A DNA stretch of 64,000 bases from Candidatus Nomurabacteria bacterium. Lineage in GTDB: Bacteria; Patescibacteriota; Patescibacteriia; HK-STAS-PATE-3. Below the pieces are notes generated by a model that saw only the letters and a program-made list of their open reading frames with translations, was not told the origin of the DNA and ran no database searches. Positions within the stretch are counted from its first letter, which is position 1; every line of letters starts with the position of its first letter. Positions 1-9,190 of the stretch are shown here, piece after piece. The translations under genes were made by a program, and so were the position numbers. Location: NCBI GenBank assembly GCA_023898465.1, contig CP060223.1:512001-576000 (forward strand), in the 5' to 3' direction.

Positions 1-191
1 CTCACATGATCACGAAATGCAGCAAAATATGCTAGACGACCATTCCAGTCATAATAAGGCATACCATAGCTTATCTTTTCTTCCGCCTTAGGTGCTACGG
101 TTGTTATTAATTTCCGTATTTGCCGTAGCATTGGCTGGGCTTTCTTCGGCGCTGCACTAATATATGCACTTACTGTTTTAGCTTTTTGCAT
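1..191 (-). CDS. DUF1801 (YdhG-like) family protein, 3' part of gene; ATG at 189-191 and the gene runs off the window start
   Basis: Manual reverse translation gives MQKAKTVSAYISAAPKKAQPMLRQIRKLITTVAPKAEEKISYGMPYYDWNGRLAYFAAFRDHVS, matching the DUF1801 signature (isYgMP..., nGrl.yf) from memory. Confidence 0.55.
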   Translation of the reverse strand, partial: MQKAKTVSAYISAAPKKAQPMLRQIRKLITTVAPKAEEKISYGMPYYDWNGRLAYFAAFRDHV

Positions 192-193
192 AG

Positions 194-514
194 CTACTTC
201 TTTCTTGCGGTTTTCTTATTTCGTTTCTCAAGTATCCCTCGTACTGAAGGACTAACTGCTTTATCTTTTCTATGAATACAGCCTAACCAACAACATGGAC
301 GTCGCATACCTTCCTTTAGCTCACTCACCACTCGTCGGACATGCTCCTTTCTCGTTTCTTCCTTTTTCACAAAGGTGGTCCAACAAATCCACTCATTACG
401 AGCAAGTGGTGTAAGTTTCTCCCATAATCCAAGAGCGGCCTTATCAGCGCTTAATGCTTTTTGTAGGTCAGGTGGAACTGTATGAGCTGTTCCAGGGGAA
501 ATTTTTTGAGACAT
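194..514 (-). CDS. YdeI/OmpD-associated family protein (bacteriocin-protection-like)
   Basis: 106-aa ORF with ATG verified at 512-514. Motifs WEKLTPLARNEWICW and RRV are typical of the YdeI family. It is adjacent to a DUF1801 gene, as is common for this pair. Confidence 0.6.
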   Translation of the reverse strand: MSQKISPGTAHTVPPDLQKALSADKAALGLWEKLTPLARNEWICWTTFVKKEETRKEHVRRVVSELKEGMRRPCCWLGCIHRKDKAVSPSVRGILEKRNKKTARKK

Positions 515-567
515 TTTAGTCGTAGTGTTTATTTCTTCACTTCTGATATTAACACATGCAAGATGTA

Positions 568-813
568 TTATGAAATATCAATTTCAGCTTGGTAACCCGC
601 TTCGCGAACCGCTTGAATAAGCTGGTCAGCCTTTACCTCATCACCGTGCGTAACCTCGGTGCGTGCTTTCGCATAATTAGTTTTTGAAGAATCAACACCA
701 GGCAAATCCTCAATACTATCATCAATGGTCATGCTACATGAAGTACAATGCATACCACTAATTTTTAGAAGGGTCTTTTGCCTATCGCTTTGTTTTTTAC
801 GTTGAAAAAACAT
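568..813 (-). CDS. copZ: Heavy-metal-associated (HMA) domain copper chaperone, CopZ-like
   Basis: 81 aa with the GMHCTSC metal-binding motif and a ferredoxin-like HMA fold pattern. ATG at 811-813. Last gene of the copper operon. Confidence 0.75.
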   Translation of the reverse strand: MFFQRKKQSDRQKTLLKISGMHCTSCSMTIDDSIEDLPGVDSSKTNYAKARTEVTHGDEVKADQLIQAVREAGYQAEIDIS

Positions 814-829
814 AATTGGATATTGTGAA

Positions 830-1876
830 TTAAATAACTTCCATCACGCCTGTATACATACCCATAGAACATGAATATGTATATCGGCCCGGTTGCGTTG
901 GAGTAAATTGAAAACTTTGTCGGTCAGTGGGACGCAAAAAAGTGTCAATACCAAATTGTCGAAAAGTAAAAGCAACCGCACAAGAATATACGTCATTACT
1001 CTGCAATATCAACTCCACTGGCTTATTCTTTTCAACCGCAAAATATCGGGGCGAGTACCCTTGACCCAACACGTTAATGGTTACTCGCTGCACACCGTTA
1101 GTAAGTACCACTTCATCACTAACAGCCTTTGGTGTGCTTGTGTTCTGAAATTTTGCAATAATTTTTTCATACGTAATTGGTGCATCATACACATTAAGGA
1201 TCCCGTTGAAGCTGATAAGCGACAAGACAATCAAAATAGCAGCGGCAGTTTTTTGAAACCATCCATGCATCGTATCTGAGAGCTTCGCGGTCATGACGCC
1301 AAGTAAGGTAAAAATTGGTGAAGTACCAAGCACAAAGAAAAACATAATAAGGGCTCCAGCTATAGGACTGCCACTAGTAACTGCCACCACTTCCATTGCC
1401 TGAGTAACGCCGCAAGGGATAAAGACGGTCAAGACCCCTAATACTGCGGGGGCAAATAAAGTATCGCTCTTACTTGATTTCTTCACAAAGCGCTGCAGCC
1501 AACGCGGTGGCTGAAATGCTAAGAAGCGAAAGATTGGATGCACGTTTAATAAGTTCATTGCTGTAGCAAACATAAACAACGCTGCAGCAAGTTGAAAAGC
1601 GATACGCACATTTAATCCTATCGCTAACACTGAACCAAGCCAGCCAAGCAAAAAACCAAAGGCGGTGTGTACAATTAATTTCGCTAGTAAAAAAATACCT
1701 ACTGGCCAAATATCTGTTCCGCGGATTCGTGCATCGCTAGATTTTAGTGATGTTTTTCCGTTTTCAGATCGTTCCTTCTGATTAGCTATCACGCCTGCCA
1801 ACAACCCCCCTTGGACAGCTAGGCAGGTTAAGCCACCGGTAGTTAAGCCTGCTAAGAAAAAAACCCAATAATTCAT
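830..1876 (-). CDS. DsbD_2/TauE-like polytopic membrane domain fused to a C-terminal cupredoxin-like domain
   Basis: 348 aa. N-terminal multi-TM region has Cys in TM1 (TCLAVQGG) and TM4 (FIPCGVT), the CcdA/DsbD-like arrangement. C-terminal roughly 100 aa ([12 protein letters not shown]...[17 protein letters not shown]) resembles a cupredoxin fold. The ATG overlaps the copA stop as ATGA. Confidence 0.5.
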   Translation of the reverse strand: MNYWVFFLAGLTTGGLTCLAVQGGLLAGVIANQKERSENGKTSLKSSDARIRGTDIWPVGIFLLAKLIVHTAFGFLLGWLGSVLAIGLNVRIAFQLAAALFMFATAMNLLNVHPIFRFLAFQPPRWLQRFVKKSSKSDTLFAPAVLGVLTVFIPCGVTQAMEVVAVTSGSPIAGALIMFFFVLGTSPIFTLLGVMTAKLSDTMHGWFQKTAAAILIVLSLISFNGILNVYDAPITYEKIIAKFQNTSTPKAVSDEVVLTNGVQRVTINVLGQGYSPRYFAVEKNKPVELILQSNDVYSCAVAFTFRQFGIDTFLRPTDRQSFQFTPTQPGRYTYSCSMGMYTGVMEVI

Positions 1877-4104
1877 ATGTGTGATCGAAACGTTTTTAAT
1901 CGTAAGGCATTAAGCACAACTGAAACACTTGAAAAGGCCATTGCAGCGCCTGCCCAAATTGGATTGATAGTAATTCCCCAAATCGGCGCTAATGCTCCCA
2001 TGGCAACGGGTATGAGAAGAACATTATAACCAAAAGCCCAAGCAAGATTTTGCCAAATATTCTTCATAGTTGCTCGAGAAAGCGCAAGAGTCACTGGAAT
2101 TAACCGTAAGTCTGGACGAAGTAACACAACTCCAGCGGTCGCAATAGCAACATCAGTTCCCTGCCCCATTGCAATACTTAGATCCGCCGCTGCCAAGGCA
2201 GGCGCGTCGTTAATTCCATCCCCAATCATTGCGACGCCTTTTTTCTGCTGCTGCAGCTCTTTTATTCGCTGCTCTTTTTCTTGTGGAAGCACCTGTCCGA
2301 TAACTTGCGAAAGTTTAAGCTCACGCTGCACGTGCTGCGCTGCTTCTCTAGTATCACCAGTGAGCATTATGGTCTGTATGCCCTGATGATTTAAGGCGGC
2401 AATTACGCTGGCGGATTCCTCACGTATCGTATCAGCAATACTAAAGGAGACGAGGGCTTCATGATTGTCGGCCACATATACACGAGACATATTCACTGGC
2501 ATGAATTGAGCCTGGTCTGCATCGATTTGGATATTCTCTTGAGCCAACAGTGAGGCACTACCAATATTCATTTGACCGATAGTATCCTTAGCCCGAACTC
2601 CTTTTCCGGGCACATCAATTATTTCAGGCGCTGTTTCTGCGCTAGGTATTCCTTTGTCATTGATATACTGCGCAATAGCTTTTGCTAAAGGATGATTTGA
2701 GCGTTCTTCAATTGTCCGGACACGGCCAAGTAACTCTTGCTGCTCCTGGACGGAAAAAGTACGCATCATTTGTATATCTTGTACACGGGGCTTGCCTTCC
2801 GTTAAGGTGCCAGTTTTATCAAACACAATGGTCTGCACACGTCTCCCCAATTCAAGCGCTTCAGCATTTTTTATAAGTATCCCAAGCTCTGAACCCTTAC
2901 CAATGCCGACCATAATTGAAGTGGGAGTGGCTAAGCCGAGCGCGCAGGGACAAGCAATAATAAGCACACTCACCATGCTTACAAGTGCGTGTGCCCAAAC
3001 TGGATCTGGTCCAAAAAATAACCAAAGTCCAAAAGTGAGCAATGAAAGAGCGATAACAATTGGCACGAAATATGCTGAGATCTTGTCAGCTAAATTCTGT
3101 ACCGGGGGTCGAGATCCTTGCGCTTCTTCAACTAAGCGTACGATTTGTGCCAGCATAGTTTCATCACCCACTCGTCTTGCTTCCATCTCAAAAGCACCGC
3201 TAGTATTCATAGTTGCGCCAATTACCTGGTCTCCTGCCTTTTTCTCTACTGGCAAGCCTTCCCCAGTCACCATGCTTTCGTCTACCGCAGAGGATCCAGA
3301 CACAATATTCCCATCAACAGGAACTTTTTCACCTGGCTTCACTAAAATACGGTCTCCTACACGCACGTCAGTAAGGGGAAGATCCTGCCAAGTTTTTTTT
3401 TGAAATACATGCGCTATTTTTGCCTCTAGCTTCAACAAACGCTTCATTGCTGTAGCTGCCTGACCTTTTGCTCGCAACTCGAGAAATTTACCCAGTAACA
3501 CTAATGTAATTACCGTAGCTGAAGTTTCAAAGTACGCTAGCTGACTAATACCTAATGCCGCTAATTGATTTTCGTAAACTATTGAGAATGCTGAGGAGGC
3601 ATAGGCTACGCTAGTTCCTAAGGCGATAAGCGTATCCATATTGGCCGTGCGATTTTTCAGCGCAGACCAAGCGCTCAGGTAATAGTTTTTTCCAGCCCAA
3701 AACTGTACCGGGGTGGCAAGTATCCACATCAACCATGACTGACGCAGCCAATCAGGCGCTCCTGGCACCATCGCGCCAATAAGCAATAGTACAGTGAGTG
3801 GGAAAGAAACAAACAATCTCTGTCTCAACTGACGCAACTCTTCGACTCGTTCCTTTTCCGTAAGATCGCCGTGATCATGTACGCCTATGTGCGCTTTATA
3901 ACCCAACTTTGCAACGGTTTGCCCTATTTCATACTCTGGAGTTGCATGAGGGTCGAAGCTAACTGCTGCTTGATGATTTCCATAATTTACCGTTGCCTCT
4001 TTTACACCTGGAAGTTTCTTTAGACGACGTTGGATATTTGCCGCACAGCTTGCGCAATGCATGCCAGACACATGAAAATTGATCTGTTGGACATTATTTG
4101 GCAT
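1873..4104 (-). CDS. copA: Copper-translocating P1B-type ATPase
   Basis: HMA motif GMHCASC, CPC transmembrane motif ([12 protein letters not shown]), DKTGTLT phosphorylation site and GDGINDAP hinge. Start placed at the internal ATG (4102-4104, MPNNVQQ...) rather than the 42-codon ORF extension. Confidence 0.9.
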   Translation of the reverse strand: MPNNVQQINFHVSGMHCASCAANIQRRLKKLPGVKEATVNYGNHQAAVSFDPHATPEYEIGQTVAKLGYKAHIGVHDHGDLTEKERVEELRQLRQRLFVSFPLTVLLLIGAMVPGAPDWLRQSWLMWILATPVQFWAGKNYYLSAWSALKNRTANMDTLIALGTSVAYASSAFSIVYENQLAALGISQLAYFETSATVITLVLLGKFLELRAKGQAATAMKRLLKLEAKIAHVFQKKTWQDLPLTDVRVGDRILVKPGEKVPVDGNIVSGSSAVDESMVTGEGLPVEKKAGDQVIGATMNTSGAFEMEARRVGDETMLAQIVRLVEEAQGSRPPVQNLADKISAYFVPIVIALSLLTFGLWLFFGPDPVWAHALVSMVSVLIIACPCALGLATPTSIMVGIGKGSELGILIKNAEALELGRRVQTIVFDKTGTLTEGKPRVQDIQMMRTFSVQEQQELLGRVRTIEERSNHPLAKAIAQYINDKGIPSAETAPEIIDVPGKGVRAKDTIGQMNIGSASLLAQENIQIDADQAQFMPVNMSRVYVADNHEALVSFSIADTIREESASVIAALNHQGIQTIMLTGDTREAAQHVQRELKLSQVIGQVLPQEKEQRIKELQQQKKGVAMIGDGINDAPALAAADLSIAMGQGTDVAIATAGVVLLRPDLRLIPVTLALSRATMKNIWQNLAWAFGYNVLLIPVAMGALAPIWGITINPIWAGAAMAFSSVSVVLNALRLKTFRSHI

Positions 4105-4573
4105 ATTTTCCTGGATTTTTTTGAAAAGCCTTTTTACATCCACTCGCGCAAAAATAATATTTCTTCCCCTGATATTGCATGGCCGCGCCGGCCGTACTCG
4201 GAGAGACACGCATGTGACATACAGGGTCATGCACGATTGGCATAAGATCCTTCATTGTCCTACTGAATTCATCAGGTTTTTTATCGCCCTGTTGAACAAC
4301 AATAATGTCGCGAATAAGTTGACTCGCCTTAGCAAAATTCGGATGAGCTAAATGGTATCGAAGACGCTTTCCCAGCCGATGATAACTTACCGCTCCAGCA
4401 TCACGAAGTATTTTAAGATGCTGACTGAGATTTGCTTGTGGCAAACCAAGCATGTCTTGCATTTCCTCAACCGTTGCTGGGCCTTCTTTTAGTAAATGTA
4501 AAACCTCCAAACGGCGCGGATGTGCAAGCGCTTTTAAAAGCTTGGCGTGGAGTTTAAAAACTTGTTCATACAT
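4094..4573 (-). CDS. ArsR/SmtB-family metalloregulator with C-terminal YHS/TRASH metal-binding domain
   Basis: HTH region [11 protein letters not shown]...[13 protein letters not shown]-terminus DPVCHMRV...[14 protein letters not shown] matches the YHS/TRASH pattern. ATG at 4571-4573. Overlaps the copA start. Confidence 0.75.
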   Translation of the reverse strand: MYEQVFKLHAKLLKALAHPRRLEVLHLLKEGPATVEEMQDMLGLPQANLSQHLKILRDAGAVSYHRLGKRLRYHLAHPNFAKASQLIRDIIVVQQGDKKPDEFSRTMKDLMPIVHDPVCHMRVSPSTAGAAMQYQGKKYYFCASGCKKAFQKNPGKYAK

Positions 4574-4591
4574 ATTCGCTATTTCGAATAT
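4572..4591. promoter_or_regulatory. Candidate operator: inverted repeat ATATTCG-N6-CGAATAT overlapping the start codon of the ArsR-family regulator
   Basis: Perfect 7-bp inverted repeat with a 6-bp spacer read directly from the sequence at 4572-4591. ArsR/SmtB regulators typically autoregulate from dyad operators near their own start. Confidence 0.3.
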
Positions 4592-4623
4592 ATATACTTC
4601 AGAAAAAACTGTCAAGAAATCCC

Positions 4624-5880
4624 CTATCGAATGTAGACGACCGCGCCTGTGCTAAAGGTGTTTATATCTTTACACGCCTGACCTGGAAAAACCTCAGCCC
4701 GTAATTTACGACTCTCCAGCATCTCTACCATAAAACATCCAGCTGAACTTGTTCCTGAACGCAGCTCCAGAGTGCTGCTCAAACTTGATCTATCCCAAAC
4801 TTGGCCATCAGCGTAATAGACTTGCTCGTAAAGGTCATAGGCTACCCGGCCGTTTTCTGGACTAATATCAACTGGCTTAGCAGCGTCGTGAGCAATAGTG
4901 AACTGTGAAGCGCCATCTGGCCAGTTACCTATTGAAATTACCGTAGCGCTAGGGTCGAGATGATCTGGAGCGATCGCGAGATGGGTAGTCCAATACGCAG
5001 ACGGATCATTGCCCGCATAACCATTTGTGGTCCCATCAGGATTCATCACAAACCAGGTGCCAATTAACCGTCCATCAATATCATAGTCAATCTTGCCGCT
5101 ACGTGGTTCAACTGTACGTAAATACTGGGTCAAAGCTAGGGAGCGAAGTTCTTCAGTGTAGTACGGCAGCGGATCAACAGTATGAATCTTCCACGATTCA
5201 CGCTCATAATGCTCCGGCACCACGAAGCCGCTAAGCTCGCTCTCTGTATCCCAAACAGCAAAATCGAGAGTCTGCCCGCCGATACTCCCTATACGTTGTC
5301 CAGCCTTCACAGGTAAATCAATACTATTCCCCTGCTGCTGATAGGCACTAAGTATATCAGGTGCTAAACCAGTGACTAAATCATAGTAGTAAAATAGATG
5401 ACAACTCATGCTGAATACTATCCGAAAGTCTGTCACGGTCTTGTTCGCATTTTGCCCCTGACCAGAGTGGGTACGCGTCCCTATATCAACAATCCGCGCA
5501 TCGGCCATTGCGTATACTGGATAGGCATCAATAGGTGAATCAAAAGGCTCGGGTGAGAAGTATTGATGATCAATTGGGGTGACGTGCCCACCGATCATTA
5601 ATCCGTATGGGATAATAAATCCAACATCGCTAGGGTCCATGGGATAATCGGTAAGCAAGGGTTTGTCGGTTCCCTGACAATGTCCATGACTTAATTCCTG
5701 ACCAGCTACATCAGCCGGCGTCCTCGCCTGCTCTTGTGTATTGATATTTTCTTCATTTTGCATTGAGGAGTTTTGATTTTGACTAACAGTATTGTCGTTA
5801 TTTCTACGAGTGAATAGCACAATAAGCACTGCCAGAAGAATGAGGACAGCGATGATGACGAGCGTCGCTACTTTTTTCAT
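4624..5880 (-). CDS. Secreted/membrane-anchored hypothetical protein
   Basis: 418 aa. N-terminal hydrophobic anchor (VATLVIIAVLILLAVLIVLF) followed by a low-complexity N/Q-rich linker. No confident domain. ATG at 5878-5880. Confidence 0.5.
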   Translation of the reverse strand: MKKVATLVIIAVLILLAVLIVLFTRRNNDNTVSQNQNSSMQNEENINTQEQARTPADVAGQELSHGHCQGTDKPLLTDYPMDPSDVGFIIPYGLMIGGHVTPIDHQYFSPEPFDSPIDAYPVYAMADARIVDIGTRTHSGQGQNANKTVTDFRIVFSMSCHLFYYYDLVTGLAPDILSAYQQQGNSIDLPVKAGQRIGSIGGQTLDFAVWDTESELSGFVVPEHYERESWKIHTVDPLPYYTEELRSLALTQYLRTVEPRSGKIDYDIDGRLIGTWFVMNPDGTTNGYAGNDPSAYWTTHLAIAPDHLDPSATVISIGNWPDGASQFTIAHDAAKPVDISPENGRVAYDLYEQVYYADGQVWDRSSLSSTLELRSGTSSAGCFMVEMLESRKLRAEVFPGQACKDINTFSTGAVVYIR

Positions 5881-5969
5881 ATGGGTAAGTATAGCATAGA
5901 AAAAATAGCTTACTCAGTATGAGTAGATTTTAATAGGCATTAAAAGGATTTTCGCTGTAAAATATCTCT

Positions 5970-6446
5970 TTACTGCCCTTGCTCGAAATCCTTCAGGATA
6001 CGCAAGTATTTTGCTTGAGTATCACTACCAATTTGTGGATGCGTAAAAACCGGCATTACACCGGTTATTGCTATGATATTTCTTACTTCATCAAAATAGA
6101 ATCCATCCAACGTTGCAATAAAGAGCCAAGAAGGATTCCAAGACTTAGCCATCCGTTTAGCATCTATAAGCACATATTCAGGACTTAGTTGTTTTTGATA
6201 TTTTACCTCTATCAATCTGACTTCGCTTGTTGCATGATCAATGACAGCGAAATCTGGCGCGGTACGTAAAATATTAACTGTTGGATTATCTTGTGAATAA
6301 CCCTGCTGGATAAGCTCAGGGATAATTTTTTCATACCCAAATTCGAGTACTGTAAATTGGCGTGATTCGCGAAACATTTGTGCAAATATCGTTTCAGCAA
6401 TTTTACCTTTAATGAGATTGTGAGTGAATTCTGTTGAGGTAGACAT
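5970..6446 (-). CDS. Hypothetical protein with PD-(D/E)xK nuclease-like motif
   Basis: 158 aa with a PDFAVID ... EVRLIEVKYQ arrangement (D ... E-x-K) typical of the restriction-endonuclease-like fold. ATG at 6444-6446 overlaps the stop of the upstream small ORF (TAATG). Confidence 0.5.
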   Translation of the reverse strand: MSTSTEFTHNLIKGKIAETIFAQMFRESRQFTVLEFGYEKIIPELIQQGYSQDNPTVNILRTAPDFAVIDHATSEVRLIEVKYQKQLSPEYVLIDAKRMAKSWNPSWLFIATLDGFYFDEVRNIIAITGVMPVFTHPQIGSDTQAKYLRILKDFEQGQ

Positions 6447-6598
6447 TATTTTTTCTTAATAAACTTTTTCAACTTTACTTGAATGTAGGTTGCCGCAATA
6501 GTAAACAGAAGTATTATTCCAAAAGCAGGAAGAAATACTTTCAGCATTATTCCCATAAACCTACTTGTACCTTCAACAAGCTGAGGATCGGCAGGCAT
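6445..6598 (-). CDS. Small single-TM membrane peptide (50 aa), not in the ORF track
   Basis: Manual translation gives MPADPQLVEGTSRFMGIMLKVFLPAFGIILLFTIAATYIQVKLKKFIKKK. Its ATG (6596-6598) immediately follows the TAA of the zinc-ribbon ORF, and its TAA overlaps the ATG of the downstream 158-aa ORF. Confidence 0.35.
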
Positions 6599-6784
6599 TT
6601 ATCTTGTTTTCTTCTTATAGCAGCTATAACAAAGCGAACGATCGCGGGAAATAACTGTACCACAACTCCGGCACTTTTTCGTGCCATACTTTTTTACACT
6701 CGAAGACTTTTTCTTAGTCTGGCATGAGTAGCACAGTGTATACGTTCCTGTTGTTTTTGTTCCACAGCGGCTGCATTTAGGCAT
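6599..6784 (-). CDS. Tandem (double) zinc-ribbon small protein
   Basis: From the internal ATG (6782-6784): MPKCSRCGTKTTGTYTLCYSCQTKKK...CRSCGTVISRDRSLCYSCYKKKTR. Two repeats of CxxCG-x7/8-LCYSC. The annotated longer ORF begins with TTG in a different register from the upstream small ORF. Confidence 0.45.
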   Translation of the reverse strand: MPKCSRCGTKTTGTYTLCYSCQTKKKSSSVKKYGTKKCRSCGTVISRDRSLCYSCYKKKTR

Positions 6785-6789
6785 ACTTA

Positions 6790-6966
6790 CTACGCCCCCA
6801 AAAACTTCAGCGCCTCGTAGACAAAGAAAACGGGCCAGATAATCGCTTTTAACAAACCGAGTACGCCAATCCAAAATGAAGTCGCTACCGAGATATAGTA
6901 GATAGCGGCACCGATCAGACCGAGACCATAGAAAGCCCCACTACTCCCTGCATTTGCCTTATTCAT
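6790..6966 (-). CDS. Small membrane protein (58 aa), not in the ORF track
   Basis: Manual translation gives MNKANAGSSGAFYGLGLIGAAIYYISVATSFWIGVLGLLKAIIWPVFFVYEALKFLGA. A strong Shine-Dalgarno (AAGGAG) lies 7 nt upstream of the ATG at 6964-6966. Stop TAG at 6790-6792. Confidence 0.45.
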   Translation of the reverse strand: MNKANAGSSGAFYGLGLIGAAIYYISVATSFWIGVLGLLKAIIWPVFFVYEALKFLGA

Positions 6967-7000
6967 ATAACTCCTTAACTAATTATGTTTACAGGACAAA

Positions 7001-7258
7001 TTATACCACTTCGCGACGAACATAAAATAGACAACAAAGGGATACAGTCGCCGGAAACAAATATACCAAATCAAACCACCCTATTTGATCAGTGATAGTC
7101 AAAAAAATATTCAACAACATGAGTAGAGCAAGCATCCAGTAGGCCCACTTCTTTTTCAATCGTAATTGCCAAGTAAGTAAGAAGAGCGCAAAAGCATTTA
7201 CTAACGCAAAGCTAGAATAAAAGAAGCGGTAATCTGAGTCGCGAAATAACCAAAACAA
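7001..7258 (-). CDS. Hypothetical small membrane protein (TTG start; true start unclear)
   Basis: Hydrophobic 85-aa ORF. The reading frame stays open upstream with no ATG, so the start codon is uncertain. Confidence 0.2.
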   Translation of the reverse strand: MFWLFRDSDYRFFYSSFALVNAFALFLLTWQLRLKKKWAYWMLALLMLLNIFLTITDQIGWFDLVYLFPATVSLCCLFYVRREVV

Positions 7259-7391
7259 CGCAAAGCATACCCAGAAGGCCGCAATGCTATAGAGTAGTCG
7301 AATGGTAAAAGTGAAATAATTTATAGTCGAAGCATATTATTGATAAGTGGAAAGGAAAAGCCGCCGGTAAAGACCAACGGCTAGATGAAAT

Positions 7392-7679
7392 CTAGGCCGC
7401 TCGTTGCTCAGTCCTCAGGATAGCAGAAGCACGACGATACGCTTTGTCTCGCACCGCCTTTGGTACATCCTGCTCTCTTAAGGCACCTTGAATCGAGCCT
7501 AGCTGCACCTCATTCCCCTTACGATAAAAGGTGAGCACAAAGCCTTCAGCGCCTATTTCCACTCGACCATGTAGACGATCAACCTCCAGCACCTCGGTCT
7601 CTGCATCTTGTTCACCCATATGAGCCTCCTGGTCGGGAAAAAGCTCTTCTTGGATTGGTCGCATGTGTCTTTCACGCAT
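7392..7679 (-). CDS. Hypothetical protein
   Basis: The C-terminal 95 aa (from the ATG at 7677-7679) have ordinary composition. The longer 161-aa ORF N-terminus looks non-genic. No domain recognised. Confidence 0.3.
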   Translation of the reverse strand: MRERHMRPIQEELFPDQEAHMGEQDAETEVLEVDRLHGRVEIGAEGFVLTFYRKGNEVQLGSIQGALREQDVPKAVRDKAYRRASAILRTEQRAA

Positions 7680-7980
7680 ATATATATTGTACGCCTCAAG
7701 CAGGAAAAGTAAAAGTAGTCTTGACGAGCCCAAGGCTCGGGGTTTATTATAGCGACACTTCTCAAGCCGACAGAGAAGTTGTCTCAGAATCCGTTTTGTC
7801 GGCACTCTCGCGTGAATGTTTCGCGGTTCATCGAGAGCGTAGAACGGCGATAGGCTGATGGGACCGATCCCACTCAAAAGCCGAAAAAAAACGGGATCCT
7901 GCCCCAGGCATCAATACTTGTCGCCCGAATTCCAATCGGGAAACATAGATGCGCTGGGGCTCCATTTTTTTATAGATACC

Positions 7981-8008
7981 TAAAAGCCAGGAGCTGCCCT
8001 CTCCTGGC
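7981..8008 (-). terminator. Intrinsic terminator downstream of the anti-sigma-like gene
   Basis: 8-bp stem GCCAGGAG/CTCCTGGC (7986-7993 / 8001-8008) with a 7-nt loop, followed on the minus strand by a U-rich run (TTTTA then A/T-rich). Confidence 0.5.
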
Positions 8009-8034
8009 CTTTGAGGCTGAAAGGAGGAATGAGC

Positions 8035-9186
8035 CTAATTATCTATTTCAAAATCCCAGAGTGCTTGTACCTGCGACGCGCTTAGGCCGGTGCGTGTCGC
8101 AATCTCTTGAGCCAAACTTGAGGTGCTGGTATTTGCAGAGGTCCACTCATAGCGCTGTGTATCACCACGGCGGGCTTTAATTTCTGTGCCATCTTCACGT
8201 ACCCGGACTTCTATTTCCCATTGGGCTTCTTCTTCATCGCCGTGATCCTCTGAATCGTTTGAATTACTATTACTGTTATGTGAATTGGTATCATCATTCA
8301 CATTTCCTTCATGAGAGTTGGTTGCATCTACATGCGTATTCTTATTATCATTTCCATGATCATCATTGGTGTCAGAATGGTCATCACTGCTATTGGCATT
8401 TTGCAGATCTACACCATCATACTCAATTTTGATAGCTGCCCGAACTTGGGCTTCGCTTAAGCCTAAACGGTCGGTAACTGCTTTAATAATTTCTTCACGA
8501 TCAGTCGTAGTCAGGGTAAACTCACTGTGCTGATTTGCTACTTCAGCCTGAACAAAGGCTTGTGCACCAGCTACGTGCACTTCAATTTCAATTCGCTGAA
8601 GACTATGACTGTTTTGTGCGTCTTCAATCTCACGCAGTTTTACTTCAACGTTACTTAGCGTCGCTGCAGCATGCTCATTTTCTTTGGCTTCTAATTCATC
8701 GCGCACTTCAGCTACGGTTTGTTGCGCATTTTGCAGAGCGGAATTTACATGATCAGCAGCATCTCGAGCTAGTTGCTCCTTTTGCTCTTGCTCTAACTCA
8801 GCTAGCTCTTTTGCTCGCTCAGCTGCAATCTCAGCCTGGATGCGGAGTCGCGCCTCAGCTGAGGTGGCTAAATTTAAACGGACTTGCTCGACGGCTTGAT
8901 CAATACCAAAGAGCCAATCTCCTGGCTTGGCATTATTCGCTGCGAGGACAGTGCCGGTGCCGCTGCCTAATAACACGATAGCGATAAGGATGCTTGCAAT
9001 CATATTTTTGTGATTAAGGAAAAAACCTGATCGCTGCTTATATCGATCAGCTTCCGGGACTGTTACGCTCGATGCAGCCATACGCAAACGAGCCTCAATA
9101 CGTTCACGGGCAGCCGGAGATAAAGACTGAGAATGAGACATCTTTAACAGCTTGATAATTTCTTTTGATGAAAAATGTTTCGACAT
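8035..9186 (-). CDS. Membrane-anchored coiled-coil protein, putative anti-sigma factor (DUF5667-like)
   Basis: 383 aa immediately downstream of the ECF sigma gene. N-terminal cytoplasmic segment, one TM helix (ASILIAIVLLGSGTGTVLAA), a long Ala/Glu/Gln-rich coiled-coil, then a His/Asp/Asn/Ser-rich low-complexity block (DDHSDTNDDHGNDNKNTH...SHNSNSNSNDSEDHGDEEE). Confidence 0.5.
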   Translation of the reverse strand: MSKHFSSKEIIKLLKMSHSQSLSPAARERIEARLRMAASSVTVPEADRYKQRSGFFLNHKNMIASILIAIVLLGSGTGTVLAANNAKPGDWLFGIDQAVEQVRLNLATSAEARLRIQAEIAAERAKELAELEQEQKEQLARDAADHVNSALQNAQQTVAEVRDELEAKENEHAAATLSNVEVKLREIEDAQNSHSLQRIEIEVHVAGAQAFVQAEVANQHSEFTLTTTDREEIIKAVTDRLGLSEAQVRAAIKIEYDGVDLQNANSSDDHSDTNDDHGNDNKNTHVDATNSHEGNVNDDTNSHNSNSNSNDSEDHGDEEEAQWEIEVRVREDGTEIKARRGDTQRYEWTSANTSTSSLAQEIATRTGLSASQVQALWDFEIDN

Positions 9187-9190
9187 ATAT

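Noticed and set aside
893-1279. Plus-strand ORFs antisense to the copper operon (893-1279, 2792-3403, 3145-3345, 4030-4351)
   Set aside because: They lie inside well-supported minus-strand genes (copA, the cupredoxin fusion). No domains and odd composition.
4105-4230. 42-codon N-terminal extension of copA in the ORF track ([12 protein letters not shown]...)
   Set aside because: Arg/Cys-rich junk-like sequence that overlaps the regulator gene. An internal ATG directly precedes the HMA domain.
6479-6727. 82-aa plus-strand ORF across the small-protein operon
   Set aside because: Antisense to the coupled minus-strand micro-ORFs, which have a Shine-Dalgarno and stop-start overlaps. Basic, junk-like sequence.
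7553-7858. Overlapping short ORFs (7553-7765 minus, 7655-7858 plus) in the 7392-7877 region
   Set aside because: Mutually overlapping with no motifs. The only plausible coding part here is the C-terminal 95 codons of the minus-strand ORF.
8535-8981. 148-aa plus-strand ORF antisense to the anti-sigma-like gene
   Set aside because: Leu/Gln/Arg-rich mirror of a coiled-coil coding region. Typical antisense artefact.
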